Origin: an uncultured Thermoanaerobacteraceae bacterium | Lineage (GTDB): Bacteria; Bacillota; JADQBR01 | DNA: 24,000 nucleotides | Direction of reading: 5' to 3' | Assembly: GCA_964529795.1 (NCBI GenBank) | Contig: CAZGXM010000002.1 | Coordinates: forward strand, 1 to 24,000 | Part shown: piece after piece, positions 15,982 through 23,648 of the stretch | Position numbering within the stretch: position 1 is the stretch's first letter | Layout of the letters: every line of letters begins with the position of its first letter | The notes under the pieces: generated by a model | Databases searched by the model: none | Told to the model about the DNA's origin: nothing | What the model saw: only the letters and a program-made list of their open reading frames with translations | Made by a program: the position numbers and the translations under genes

Positions 15982-16701
15982 ATGAAATTGGCAGTATTTG
16001 CTGATGTTCACAGTAACATTGAGGCATTGAGAGCTGTGTTAAAAGATATCAAAGAACAGGATGTTGAACGTATTTTTTGCACCGGTGACCTGGTTGGTTA
16101 TGCACCGTTTCCCAACGAAGTAATTGATTTGATTAGGAAAGAAAACATTCTCACCGTGATGGGGAATTACGATGACGGTGTGGGGAATATGCGTATAATC
16201 TGCGGCTGTGATTATAAGGATGAGCATGCCCAGCGGTTAGGTGCGCAGTCAATTGCCTGGACAAAAAGTGAAACTACAGAGGAAAATAAGGAGTTTTTAC
16301 GCCAACTGCCGGAAAAGATTCGCTTTAATACTGACAGCTACAGGGGTTTAATTGTTCACGGCAGTCCAAAACGGCTTAATGAGTACCTCTATGAGAATGC
16401 CACGGGGGAATACCTGCTTCAGCTTTTAGAAGAGTATGAAGCCGACATTTTGGTATGCGGCCACACGCACAAACCGTACTTCAAGAAACTGAAAGATAAC
16501 AAATTTGTTATCAATGTAGGTAGTGTGGGAAAACCCAAGCACGGCAATCCCAACGCGGTTTATGCATTGATTGATGTTACAGATACTGTATCAGTGGAGT
16601 TCATCGAAGTACCCTATGACTACGAGTCTACTGCCAGGGCCATTGAGGTCAGCAGTTTGCCTGACGAGTTTGCGGAGTTAATAAGGGAAGGGATGGGATA
16701 A
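15982..16701 (+). CDS. Metallophosphoesterase (YfcE/MJ0936-like calcineurin-fold phosphoesterase), last gene of the ars operon
   Basis: Motifs FADVHSN, TGDLVGY, MGNYD and CGHTH are present. There is no terminator in the 46-nt gap after acr3. It contains a CGC motif (RIICGCDY). Confidence 0.75.
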   Translation: MKLAVFADVHSNIEALRAVLKDIKEQDVERIFCTGDLVGYAPFPNEVIDLIRKENILTVMGNYDDGVGNMRIICGCDYKDEHAQRLGAQSIAWTKSETTEENKEFLRQLPEKIRFNTDSYRGLIVHGSPKRLNEYLYENATGEYLLQLLEEYEADILVCGHTHKPYFKKLKDNKFVINVGSVGKPKHGNPNAVYALIDVTDTVSVEFIEVPYDYESTARAIEVSSLPDEFAELIREGMG

Positions 16702-16901
16702 ACTTAACTAAAAGAGGGCCAAAGCTAAACTTAGAATCCTTTAAAGCCTTGGCCCTTGTCATGTGTTTTAAGAGTGTATTCGAAAAGCAACTTTATACCC
16801 GCACTTTGTTCTTCATAGTGACATTTTGACGTGATACTTTACAAGGTGACATTATCACAAGATAAACACAAAGCAGGAAAAATAGGCAGGAAAAATAGGT
16901 A

Positions 16902-16930
16902 TTGACTTAAGTGTGGTGATAAAATATAAT
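16902..16930 (+). promoter_or_regulatory. Sigma-A promoter of the S-box met operon
   Basis: TTGACT (16902-16907), 17-nt spacer, TATAAT (16925-16930). Confidence 0.6.
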
Positions 16931-16958
16931 CAATTGCAACAACTAAAACACGGGTAAA

Positions 16959-17078
16959 CTCTTATCGAGAGTGGTCGAGGGACAGGCCCGATGAAACCAC
17001 GGCAACCTGCAAGGCTTGCAAGGTGCCAATTCCTGTCAGATGAGAGCAGGACTATACTCCTCATCTGAGGAGTTTTTT
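16959..17078 (+). promoter_or_regulatory. SAM-I (S-box) riboswitch with antiterminator and terminator
   Basis: P1 is CTCTTATC (16959-16966) paired with GATGAGAG (17039-17046). Conserved core: GAGAGTGGTCGAGGGACAGGCCCGATGAAACCACGGCAACC...GGTGCCAATTCC. Antiterminator: CAGATGAG (17037-17044) with CTCATCTG (17060-17067). Terminator: ACTCCTC (17056-17062) with GAGGAGT (17067-17073), followed by T-run 17073-17078 (TTTTTT). Confidence 0.9.
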
Positions 17079-17113
17079 AATGGGTTTATCCACATCAGTA
17101 GGGGGGAAAGTAA

Positions 17114-18253
17114 ATGAGATTCGAAACCAGATGTGTGCAGTCGGGCGTGTGCAAGTCAGAAACAACGGGGAGTATCAGTACGCCTATTTACCAGACGGCG
17201 ACCTTCAGGCACCCCGGTTTGGGGAAGAGTACCGGTTTTGATTACTCCCGGACGGGTAATCCTACCCGGCAGGTGCTGGAAAAGGCCATAGCCGGGCTGG
17301 AAGGGGGCAGTTGCGGTTTGGCCTTTTCCTCGGGCATGGCGGCGATCAGCGCTGTGCTGCACTTATTTAAGGCCGGCGACCATCTGATTGTTTCCGATGA
17401 TTTATACGGTGGTACTTATCGTTTGCTGGAACAGGTGTACAATAACTTTGGGCTGGAGGTCAGTTATGTGGATACCAGCGATTTAACACGGGTTGAGCGG
17501 GCGATCACTGCCAGTACCAGGGCTATTTTAATTGAAACACCCACAAATCCTTTAATGAAAGTTACTGATATCAGTGCCGTATCAAATTTGGCCCGACAAC
17601 ATCAATTGCTGCTGATTGTGGACAATACGTTTATGACTCCTTACTGGCAGCAGCCGCTGACACTGGGGGCGGATATAGCGGTCCACAGCGCCACGAAATA
17701 CCTGGGTGGGCACAATGACCTGGTGGCGGGCCTGCTGGTGGTGAAAAATAAGGACCTGGGAGAAAAATTATATTTTATCCAAAATTCCATTGGGGCGATA
17801 CTGGGGCCGCAGGACTCCTGGCTACTGCTGCGGGGGCTGAAGACCCTGGCGGTACGTCTGGAGAAAGGACAGCAAAATGCCCTGAATATTGCCCGGTGGT
17901 TAAAAGCGCACTCGCAGGTAACCAGGGTATATTACCCAGGCTTGACGGACCATCCCGGTTATCAGATAATGAAAAAGAACAGTACCGGCTTTGGGACAAT
18001 GATCTCCTTTGAAGTATCACAGCCGTTTTTGGTGGAGCAGGTTTTGAGCAAACTACAGATGATTGCCTTTGCGGAAAGTTTGGGCGGTGTGGAAACCCTG
18101 ATTACCTTTCCCGCAGAACAAACTCATGCGGATATACCCGAAGAAGTGCGGGAAAGTTTGGGCATAAATAACCGGCTGTTAAGGCTTTCCGTGGGCATTG
18201 AACACGTGGACGACTTAATCAGTGATTTTGCCCAGGCATTAACTCCAGACTAG
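17114..18253 (+). CDS. metI: Cys/Met-metabolism PLP enzyme, cystathionine gamma-synthase-like (MetI-like)
   Basis: RBS GGGGGGAAAG precedes the start. It is collinear with B. subtilis MetI as I recall it: GFDYSRTGNPTR, AFSSGMAAI, DNTFMTPY, the PLP Lys in HSATKYLGGHND, and AESLGGVE. Confidence 0.75.
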   Translation: MRFETRCVQSGVCKSETTGSISTPIYQTATFRHPGLGKSTGFDYSRTGNPTRQVLEKAIAGLEGGSCGLAFSSGMAAISAVLHLFKAGDHLIVSDDLYGGTYRLLEQVYNNFGLEVSYVDTSDLTRVERAITASTRAILIETPTNPLMKVTDISAVSNLARQHQLLLIVDNTFMTPYWQQPLTLGADIAVHSATKYLGGHNDLVAGLLVVKNKDLGEKLYFIQNSIGAILGPQDSWLLLRGLKTLAVRLEKGQQNALNIARWLKAHSQVTRVYYPGLTDHPGYQIMKKNSTGFGTMISFEVSQPFLVEQVLSKLQMIAFAESLGGVETLITFPAEQTHADIPEEVRESLGINNRLLRLSVGIEHVDDLISDFAQALTPD

Positions 18254-18310
18254 CTTTCAATCATCATCTGAACTTCAAATTTCTAAATTTTAGCACGGGG
18301 AGGAAAGCTA

Positions 18311-19456
18311 ATGAAATTCGGCACCAGGGTTTTGCATACCGGCACGGAAGTTGACTCGGCCACCGGTGCGGTAAGCGTACCCATCTATCATTCTTCCACT
18401 TACGATCAGAGAGGTGATGTGAAGAAAGAGTTTGACTATTCCCGCTCTGGCAATCCCACCAGAAAAGCGGTGGAAGGGGCGCTTGCAGTGCTGGAAGATG
18501 GTGCCCGGGGTTTTACTTTCGCCTCGGGTATGGCAGCCATCAGTACAGTGCTGGCGTTATTTTCCGCGGGCGACCATCTGCTGATAACAAGAGATGTTTA
18601 CGGCGGCACTTACCGGGTACTGACCAAGGTATTTTCCCGGTTTGGCATTGAATTTGACTTTATCGATACTATTGATCTGAGCAATATCCGTAAGCAGGTC
18701 AGGCCGAACACTAGGGGATTGTACCTGGAGTCACCTTCCAACCCGTTGTTGAAAATAACTGATATCAAGGGAGCTTGTGAGATTGCCAAAGAGCACGGGC
18801 TAATAACCATGGCAGATAATACCTTTATGACACCGTATTTTCAAAATCCGCTGCAACTGGGTGCGGATATCGTCATTCACAGTGCCACCAAATTTTTAGG
18901 TGGTCACAGTGACCTGCTGGCGGGGGTGGTTGTAGCCAGTGATAAGAAATTATGTCAGGAGATAGCGCAACTGCAAAATGCGATCGGAGCGGTTCTTGAC
19001 CCTCATTCTTGCTGGCTGCTGATGCGGGGAATAAAAACACTGAAAGTACGTATGGAGCAGCACCAGCAGGGGGCTTTGAAAATTGCCGAGTGGTTAAAGG
19101 ACCACCCCTTGATTGACAGAGTTTACTATCCAGGTCTGCCGGAGCACCCGGGACATGAGACGGTGAAACAGCAGTGCCGGGGTTTTGGCGGTGTTTTATC
19201 GTTTGTTACCAAGGACGAGACGGTTACCAAGAGGTTAATGCAGGAAGTCAAAGTTCCCGTTGTGGCTGTGAGCTTGGGCGCGGTGGAAAGCATTCTTTCC
19301 TATCCCGCTGCCATGTCCCATGCGGCCATACCTTTAGAAGAGAGGCTGCAGTTAGGGATTTCGGATAACCTGTTACGGTTGTCTGTGGGCCTGGAAGAAC
19401 CGGAAGATTTGATTGCGGACCTGGAACAGGTTTTGGGCCAAAATAACGGGTGCTAA
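18311..19456 (+). CDS. metC: Cys/Met-metabolism PLP enzyme, cystathionine beta-lyase-like (MetC-like), paralog of the upstream gene
   Basis: RBS GGGGAGGAAAG precedes the start. It has the same family motifs (FDYSRSGNPTR, HSATKFLGGHSD, AVSLGAVES). It is the second gene of the S-box operon, as in the B. subtilis metIC arrangement. Confidence 0.7.
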   Translation: MKFGTRVLHTGTEVDSATGAVSVPIYHSSTYDQRGDVKKEFDYSRSGNPTRKAVEGALAVLEDGARGFTFASGMAAISTVLALFSAGDHLLITRDVYGGTYRVLTKVFSRFGIEFDFIDTIDLSNIRKQVRPNTRGLYLESPSNPLLKITDIKGACEIAKEHGLITMADNTFMTPYFQNPLQLGADIVIHSATKFLGGHSDLLAGVVVASDKKLCQEIAQLQNAIGAVLDPHSCWLLMRGIKTLKVRMEQHQQGALKIAEWLKDHPLIDRVYYPGLPEHPGHETVKQQCRGFGGVLSFVTKDETVTKRLMQEVKVPVVAVSLGAVESILSYPAAMSHAAIPLEERLQLGISDNLLRLSVGLEEPEDLIADLEQVLGQNNGC

Positions 19457-19502
19457 AGCACATCTTGCACAATTTGTCAAAGCAAAAATCCATAATTTGT
19501 TC

Positions 19503-19531
19503 TTGACATCACTGCTGCCTGCGGTTACAAT
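19503..19531 (+). promoter_or_regulatory. Sigma-A promoter of glnA
   Basis: TTGACA (19503-19508), 17-nt spacer, TACAAT (19526-19531). Confidence 0.55.
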
Positions 19532-19550
19532 TACAGTATAAATATATTAC

Positions 19551-19637
19551 TCGGGCAAGGTGGTCCGGATTGACAACGCGGGCAAAGACGTCCTCGAAAG
19601 TGCCCTTGGCAGATTTGGAGGACGTCTTTTTGTTTTC
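19551..19637 (+). promoter_or_regulatory. ANTAR-type dual-hairpin antiterminator overlapping a rho-independent terminator (glnA leader)
   Basis: Hairpin 1: TCGGGC-AAGGTG-GTCCGG (19551-19568). Hairpin 2: CGCGGGC-AAAGAC-GTCCTCG (19577-19596). Both loops are hexaloops with A at position 1 and G at position 4. Terminator: AAAGACGTCCTC (19584-19595) with GAGGACGTCTTT (19618-19629), then TTTTTGTTTT. The terminator's 5' arm overlaps hairpin 2. Confidence 0.7.
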
Positions 19638-19673
19638 TGATTTTGCAAATACATGATAAGGAGGAAAAGTTTT

Positions 19674-20996
19674 ATGGAGAAGTCGGACTTGTTGCAACTG
19701 GTAAGAGAGCATGATGTAAGGTTTATTCGCCTGCAGTTCACGGACATTTTCGGGGTGTTGAAAAATGTAGCCATCACCACCAGCCAGCTGGAAAAGGCCC
19801 TGGACGGGGAATTGATGTTTGACGGGTCCTCCATTGAAGGTTTTGTGCGCATTGAGGAATCCGATATGTACCTGTGCCCAGACCTGGATTCTTTCACGGT
19901 ATTTCCCTGGCGGCCCAATGAAGGTTCAGTGGCAAGATTGATTTGTGATATTTACAATCCCGATGGTACTCCTTTTATTGGCTGCCCGCGCACCGTACTT
20001 AAAAAAGTAGTTGCCGAGGCGAAAGAAATGGGCTACACCATGAATGTGGGCCCCGAGGCGGAATTTTTCTTGCTTAACACCGATGAAAAAGGGCGTCCCC
20101 TGCTGGAAACCCATGACAACGCGGGTTATTTTGATCTTTCACCGGTGGATAAGGGTGAAAATGCCCGGCGGGATATTGCCCTGACACTGGAGCACATGGG
20201 TTTTGAAATAGAAGCTTCCCATCATGAAGTTGCTCCGGGACAGCACGAAATTGACTTCAAGTATGCCGATGCGGTAAAGACTGCGGATAACATTGCAACA
20301 TTCCGTTTTGTTGTTCGTACCATTGCCCAGCGCCACGGGCTATATGCCACTTTTATGCCCAAACCGATTATTGGCATTAACGGCTCGGGAATGCATACCA
20401 ACCAGTCGTTATTTAAAGACGGTGAAAATGCTTTTTACAATCCCGGGGGCGAATTGGAACTAAGCGATACTGCTTACTATTATATCGGCGGTTTGATTAA
20501 ACACGCAAGGGCTATTGCTGCAGTTACCAACCCCATTGTCAACTCTTACAAGAGATTGGTGCCCGGGTACGAGGCACCGGTTTACGTGGCCTGGTCCGCA
20601 AGAAACCGCAGTCCCTTGATCCGGATACCGGCAAAAAGAGGGGCCAGCACCAGGATTGAAATGCGCAACCCGGATCCTGCCGCCAACCCTTACCTGGCAA
20701 TTGCGGTGATGCTGAAAGCCGGTTTGGACGGCATTAAGAACAAGCTTGAACCGCCCAAGCCCGTAAACAGCAACATTTATCACATGGATGAGGCGACCAG
20801 GAAGGAACTGGGCATAGCAAGCCTGCCGGGCAGCCTGGCGGAAGCCATTGAGTGCCTGGAGAATGACCCGGTGATTCTGGATGCTCTGGGTGAGCATGTA
20901 GCCAGTCGTTACATCGAAGCTAAAAAACTGGACTGGGACCGGTATCGCATTCAGGTTACCCAGTGGGAACTGAATGAATACCTGACAAAGTTTTAA
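19674..20996 (+). CDS. glnA: Glutamine synthetase type I
   Basis: ATG 19674 follows AAGGAGG (19657-19663); the track start at 19653 contains the [19 protein letters not shown] and [20 protein letters not shown] are collinear with B. subtilis GlnA from residue 1. Confidence 0.9.
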   Translation: MEKSDLLQLVREHDVRFIRLQFTDIFGVLKNVAITTSQLEKALDGELMFDGSSIEGFVRIEESDMYLCPDLDSFTVFPWRPNEGSVARLICDIYNPDGTPFIGCPRTVLKKVVAEAKEMGYTMNVGPEAEFFLLNTDEKGRPLLETHDNAGYFDLSPVDKGENARRDIALTLEHMGFEIEASHHEVAPGQHEIDFKYADAVKTADNIATFRFVVRTIAQRHGLYATFMPKPIIGINGSGMHTNQSLFKDGENAFYNPGGELELSDTAYYYIGGLIKHARAIAAVTNPIVNSYKRLVPGYEAPVYVAWSARNRSPLIRIPAKRGASTRIEMRNPDPAANPYLAIAVMLKAGLDGIKNKLEPPKPVNSNIYHMDEATRKELGIASLPGSLAEAIECLENDPVILDALGEHVASRYIEAKKLDWDRYRIQVTQWELNEYLTKF

Positions 20997-21155
20997 TATA
21001 ATAATAACTAAGTGTAGCGATACTTCATTGGATACCGCGGTTAGCAACGGCACTTTTTTCTCCGTATTTTGTGATATGTTTTGACATTTTTCGTGATTGA
21101 GCAGGAAATCAAGCCACCCGGATTGAATTATTCCCAATATTCATAAACTAAAGGG

Positions 21156-21881
21156 GTGGCGTTGTTGGAGGGTACATCCTTAAAGCAGTTGGCAATGAAG
21201 CATGGTGCCCATGTGGTGGGTATTGCCGATTTGGATAAGATGCGTCAAATACCCACCATACCGGAAAATTTACTGGACGGGTATAACCGGGCCGTCAGTA
21301 TGGGAGTGGCAGTTTCCAGCGGTGTCTTTGAAACAATTGACGGTGCTCCTACCAAGCTATACCTGCAGCAGTATTTGACGGTGAACAATTTTCTGGATCA
21401 CCTGGCGCTGAAAGTGGCTGCTGCCATTGAAGATATGGGCGGCAGGGCCATGGCAATTCCTGCATCGGAAATCAGTGACCCGGAGAATTATTGTGGCAAT
21501 ATCTCCCACAAGGCCGTGGCCCGGATGGCCGGTATCGGCTGGCAGGGAAAAAATTTGCTGATTGTTAATCCTGATTACGGTTCTCGCCTGCGCCTGGTAA
21601 CTGTACTGACAGATCTGGAGCTTGAACCTGACAAACCCATTAAGAACAGGTGTGGACAGTGTAGTAACTGTGCCGACACCTGTCCCGCCGGTGCAATCAA
21701 GAACGTTGATGTTAAAGATTATCCTGAAAGCAGGGATGAGGTGCTTCATTTCCAGCGATGTGTAGAAAAACTCACAAAAGACTTTGCTGAAGGGCTGGGA
21801 CTGGGCAAACCCATTTGCGGTATTTGTATCAAGGTTTGCCCGTGGAGCAAGCCGAGATACAGGCACAAGGCCGGAGTTTAA
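21156..21881 (+). CDS. QueG/RdhA-superfamily 4Fe-4S protein (short epoxyqueuosine-reductase-like)
   Basis: It has the N-terminal GAHVVGIADLDKM, the GIGWQGKNLLIVNPDYGSRLRL motif, and two ferredoxin-type clusters (CGQCSNCADTCP and CGICIKVCPWSK). The exact start is uncertain: GTG 21156, TTG 21162/21165 or ATG 21195. Confidence 0.6.
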   Translation: MALLEGTSLKQLAMKHGAHVVGIADLDKMRQIPTIPENLLDGYNRAVSMGVAVSSGVFETIDGAPTKLYLQQYLTVNNFLDHLALKVAAAIEDMGGRAMAIPASEISDPENYCGNISHKAVARMAGIGWQGKNLLIVNPDYGSRLRLVTVLTDLELEPDKPIKNRCGQCSNCADTCPAGAIKNVDVKDYPESRDEVLHFQRCVEKLTKDFAEGLGLGKPICGICIKVCPWSKPRYRHKAGV

Positions 21882-21920
21882 TACCGTGTCAACTCATATA
21901 AAATCTTACCTAATGAATAC

Positions 21921-21950
21921 TTGACACGAACGGGCCGGTTATGGTTAAAT
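21921..21950 (+). promoter_or_regulatory. Candidate promoter of the T-box/aroF unit
   Basis: TTGACA (21921-21926), 18-nt spacer, TTAAAT (21945-21950), preceded by TG. Confidence 0.4.
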
Positions 21951-21980
21951 AGCTTAAAATAGCTTTTATCAAATACCATG

Positions 21981-22228
21981 AACAGGAAAAGTAGACTTGG
22001 TTGGGAACCCAGAGCGAGCCGGGGACGGTGAAAGCCCGGCGGGGAACGCTAGGTTGAAGTTCTCCTGGGAGTTGCAAGCTGAATACCTCAAGGTTAGTAG
22101 GCGAGACGGGACTTCCGCCGTTACAAGGAAGAGGGTATAAGGACTTGCTCCCGTACCTCAGACTGAAACTCTCCCTGTAGGGTGGTTTTGCGAGTAACTC
22201 TCGTCCCTAAGACGGGAGTTTTTGTTTT
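21981..22228 (+). promoter_or_regulatory. T-box riboswitch (complete: Stem I, F-box, Stem III, antiterminator/terminator), probable Phe (UUC) specifier
   Basis: Stem I has AGTA (21990-21993), the AG bulge AGAGCGA (22011-22017) and the distal loop GGTGAAAG. The 3' side of the specifier loop is GAAGTTC, with TTC at 22060-22062. F-box CCGTTA is at 22117-22122. T-box: AGGGTGGTTTTGCGAG (22179-22194). Terminator: ACTCTCGTC (22197-22205) with GACGGGAGT (22211-22219), then TTTTGTTTT. Confidence 0.8.
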
Positions 22229-22239
22229 AGTTGGGAAAG

Positions 22240-22345
22240 TCCCGTACCTGTAAGGAGTGGGTCGTTAACTGACCAAACAGGGTGGTACCGCGGAAGCGCC
22301 ACAGATTCGTCCCTGGTGATGAAACTGTGGCGCTATTAATTTTTA
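22240..22345 (+). promoter_or_regulatory. Second T-box antiterminator/terminator module with no recognisable Stem I of its own
   Basis: Canonical T-box AAACAGGGTGGTACCGCGG (22275-22293), with CGTCCCT (22308-22314) closing the antiterminator. Terminator: GCGCCACAG (22296-22304) with CTGTGGCGC (22325-22333), then TATTAATTTTT. TCCCGTACCT (22240-22249) repeats 22149-22158. Confidence 0.65.
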
Positions 22346-22362
22346 ACGGAGGAATGATAAAC

Positions 22363-23355
22363 ATGATAGTGGTGATGCGACTGGACGCTACTGACCAAGA
22401 GGTTGACAGTGTTAAAACAAGATTGAAAGAGTTTGGATTTGATACCCACATAATTTGGGGGACCAATCGACTGGTGATTGGTGCAGTAGGGCATCCCTCA
22501 ATGCGGGAAAATATGGGTTTGGAACGATTACCGGGAGTAGAAAATGTCGTTCCCATTATGCAGCCATTTAAGTTGGCAGGACGAGAATTCAAACCAGATG
22601 ACACTGTGATAAATATTAAAGGAGTGGCAATTGGGGGACAATCTCCGGTGATTATTGCCGGTCCGTGTGCCGTGGAAAGTCAGGAGCAGCTGTTGGAGAC
22701 TGCATTAGGAGTAAAAAATGCAGGGGCATCAATCATACGTGGTGGAGCTTTCAAACCCAGGACTTCCCCATACAGTTTCCAAGGATTGGAGGAAGAAGGA
22801 TTAGCTATTTTAAAAGAAGCCGGTGAAAAAACCGGACTTCCTGTGGTTAGTGAGGTGATTGATCAACGAAGTGTAAACCTGGCCAGCGAATATGTAGACA
22901 TTTTGCAAATTGGCGCCCGTAACATGCAGAACTTCCAACTACTAAAATTGGTAGGTCAAACCGGTAAACCTATCTTGCTGAAAAGGGGCATTTCTGCCAC
23001 TATAAATGAATGGCTAATGGCTGCTGAATATATTATGTCTCAGGGTAACTATAACATAATTTTATGTGAAAGAGGCATACGCACCTTCGAGACTGCTACC
23101 AGAAATACTTTAGACATTAGCGCTATACCTGTTGTGAAAACTTTGAGCCACTTACCGGTGATTGTTGATCCTAGTCATGCTAGCGGTGATTGGCGATTAG
23201 TCCCACCGTTAGCAAAAGCATCCTTGGCTTGTGGGGCACATGGGTTGATGGTAGAAGTGCATGCCAATCCTAAACAAGCACTCTGTGACGGTCAGCAATC
23301 CCTTAGTGTTGAAAATTTTGAACATTTAATGGATACATTAAAACCGTATCAATAA
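22363..23355 (+). CDS. aroF: 3-deoxy-7-phosphoheptulonate (DAHP) synthase, type I-beta, with N-terminal ferredoxin-like/ACT regulatory domain
   Basis: ATG 22363 lies 10 nt after GGAGG (22348-22352); the track start at 22282 lies inside the T-box. MIVVMRL... is collinear with Thermotoga maritima DAHPS as I recall it: IIAGPCAVES, GGAFKPRTSPYSFQGL, LQIGARNMQNF, ILCERGIRTFE and VDPSH. Confidence 0.9.
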   Translation: MIVVMRLDATDQEVDSVKTRLKEFGFDTHIIWGTNRLVIGAVGHPSMRENMGLERLPGVENVVPIMQPFKLAGREFKPDDTVINIKGVAIGGQSPVIIAGPCAVESQEQLLETALGVKNAGASIIRGGAFKPRTSPYSFQGLEEEGLAILKEAGEKTGLPVVSEVIDQRSVNLASEYVDILQIGARNMQNFQLLKLVGQTGKPILLKRGISATINEWLMAAEYIMSQGNYNIILCERGIRTFETATRNTLDISAIPVVKTLSHLPVIVDPSHASGDWRLVPPLAKASLACGAHGLMVEVHANPKQALCDGQQSLSVENFEHLMDTLKPYQ

Positions 23356-23380
23356 ATAGTTACGGCGGACTTTTAGAATT

Positions 23381-23416
23381 AACCATCCCGGTTGCTGATA
23401 ACGGGATGGTTTTTTG
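23381..23416 (+). terminator. Rho-independent terminator after aroF
   Basis: AACCATCCCG (23381-23390) pairs with CGGGATGGTT (23402-23411), followed by TTTTT. Confidence 0.8.
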
Positions 23417-23648
23417 GTATAAAACTTGCTTAATTAATTTGGGACTATATTCAAAGTATTTTCTAAATTAGTAAAAATAATTAACTGATAACTTAAAAGG
23501 GAAATATTAACGTTATTAGTTTATCAATTAAGCCGGTTTATGTATAAATGTTTATACAATCTTAGGTTTGGGTGTGAAATAAAATTCACTTAAAGCGGTA
23601 GATTAGATTTTTGTCATATGGCTGAAAACCCCGGGACAAGAGATTTTT

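Noticed and set aside
19457-19550. Search for a TnrA/GlnR box (TGTNA-N7-TNACA) upstream of glnA.
   Set aside because: I found no match by eye. Only short AATTTGT direct repeats are present, so regulation is better explained by the ANTAR-type leader.
20460-21137. 225-aa minus-strand ORF overlapping the 3' half of glnA.
   Set aside because: It is antisense to a gene with unambiguous glutamine synthetase homology, and it has no recognisable motifs or RBS.
21357-21866. 169-aa minus-strand ORF inside the QueG-like gene. The antisense ORFs at 3309-3728, 5980-6393, 15576-16027 and 22227-22604 are similar cases.
   Set aside because: These are all shadow ORFs opposite well-supported + strand genes, or opposite the T-box leader in the last case.
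22282-22362. N-terminal extension of the DAHP synthase ORF as given in the ORF track.
   Set aside because: The extension is translated from the T-box and terminator sequence. The real start, ATG 22363, has a GGAGG RBS and aligns with residue 1 of characterised DAHPS.
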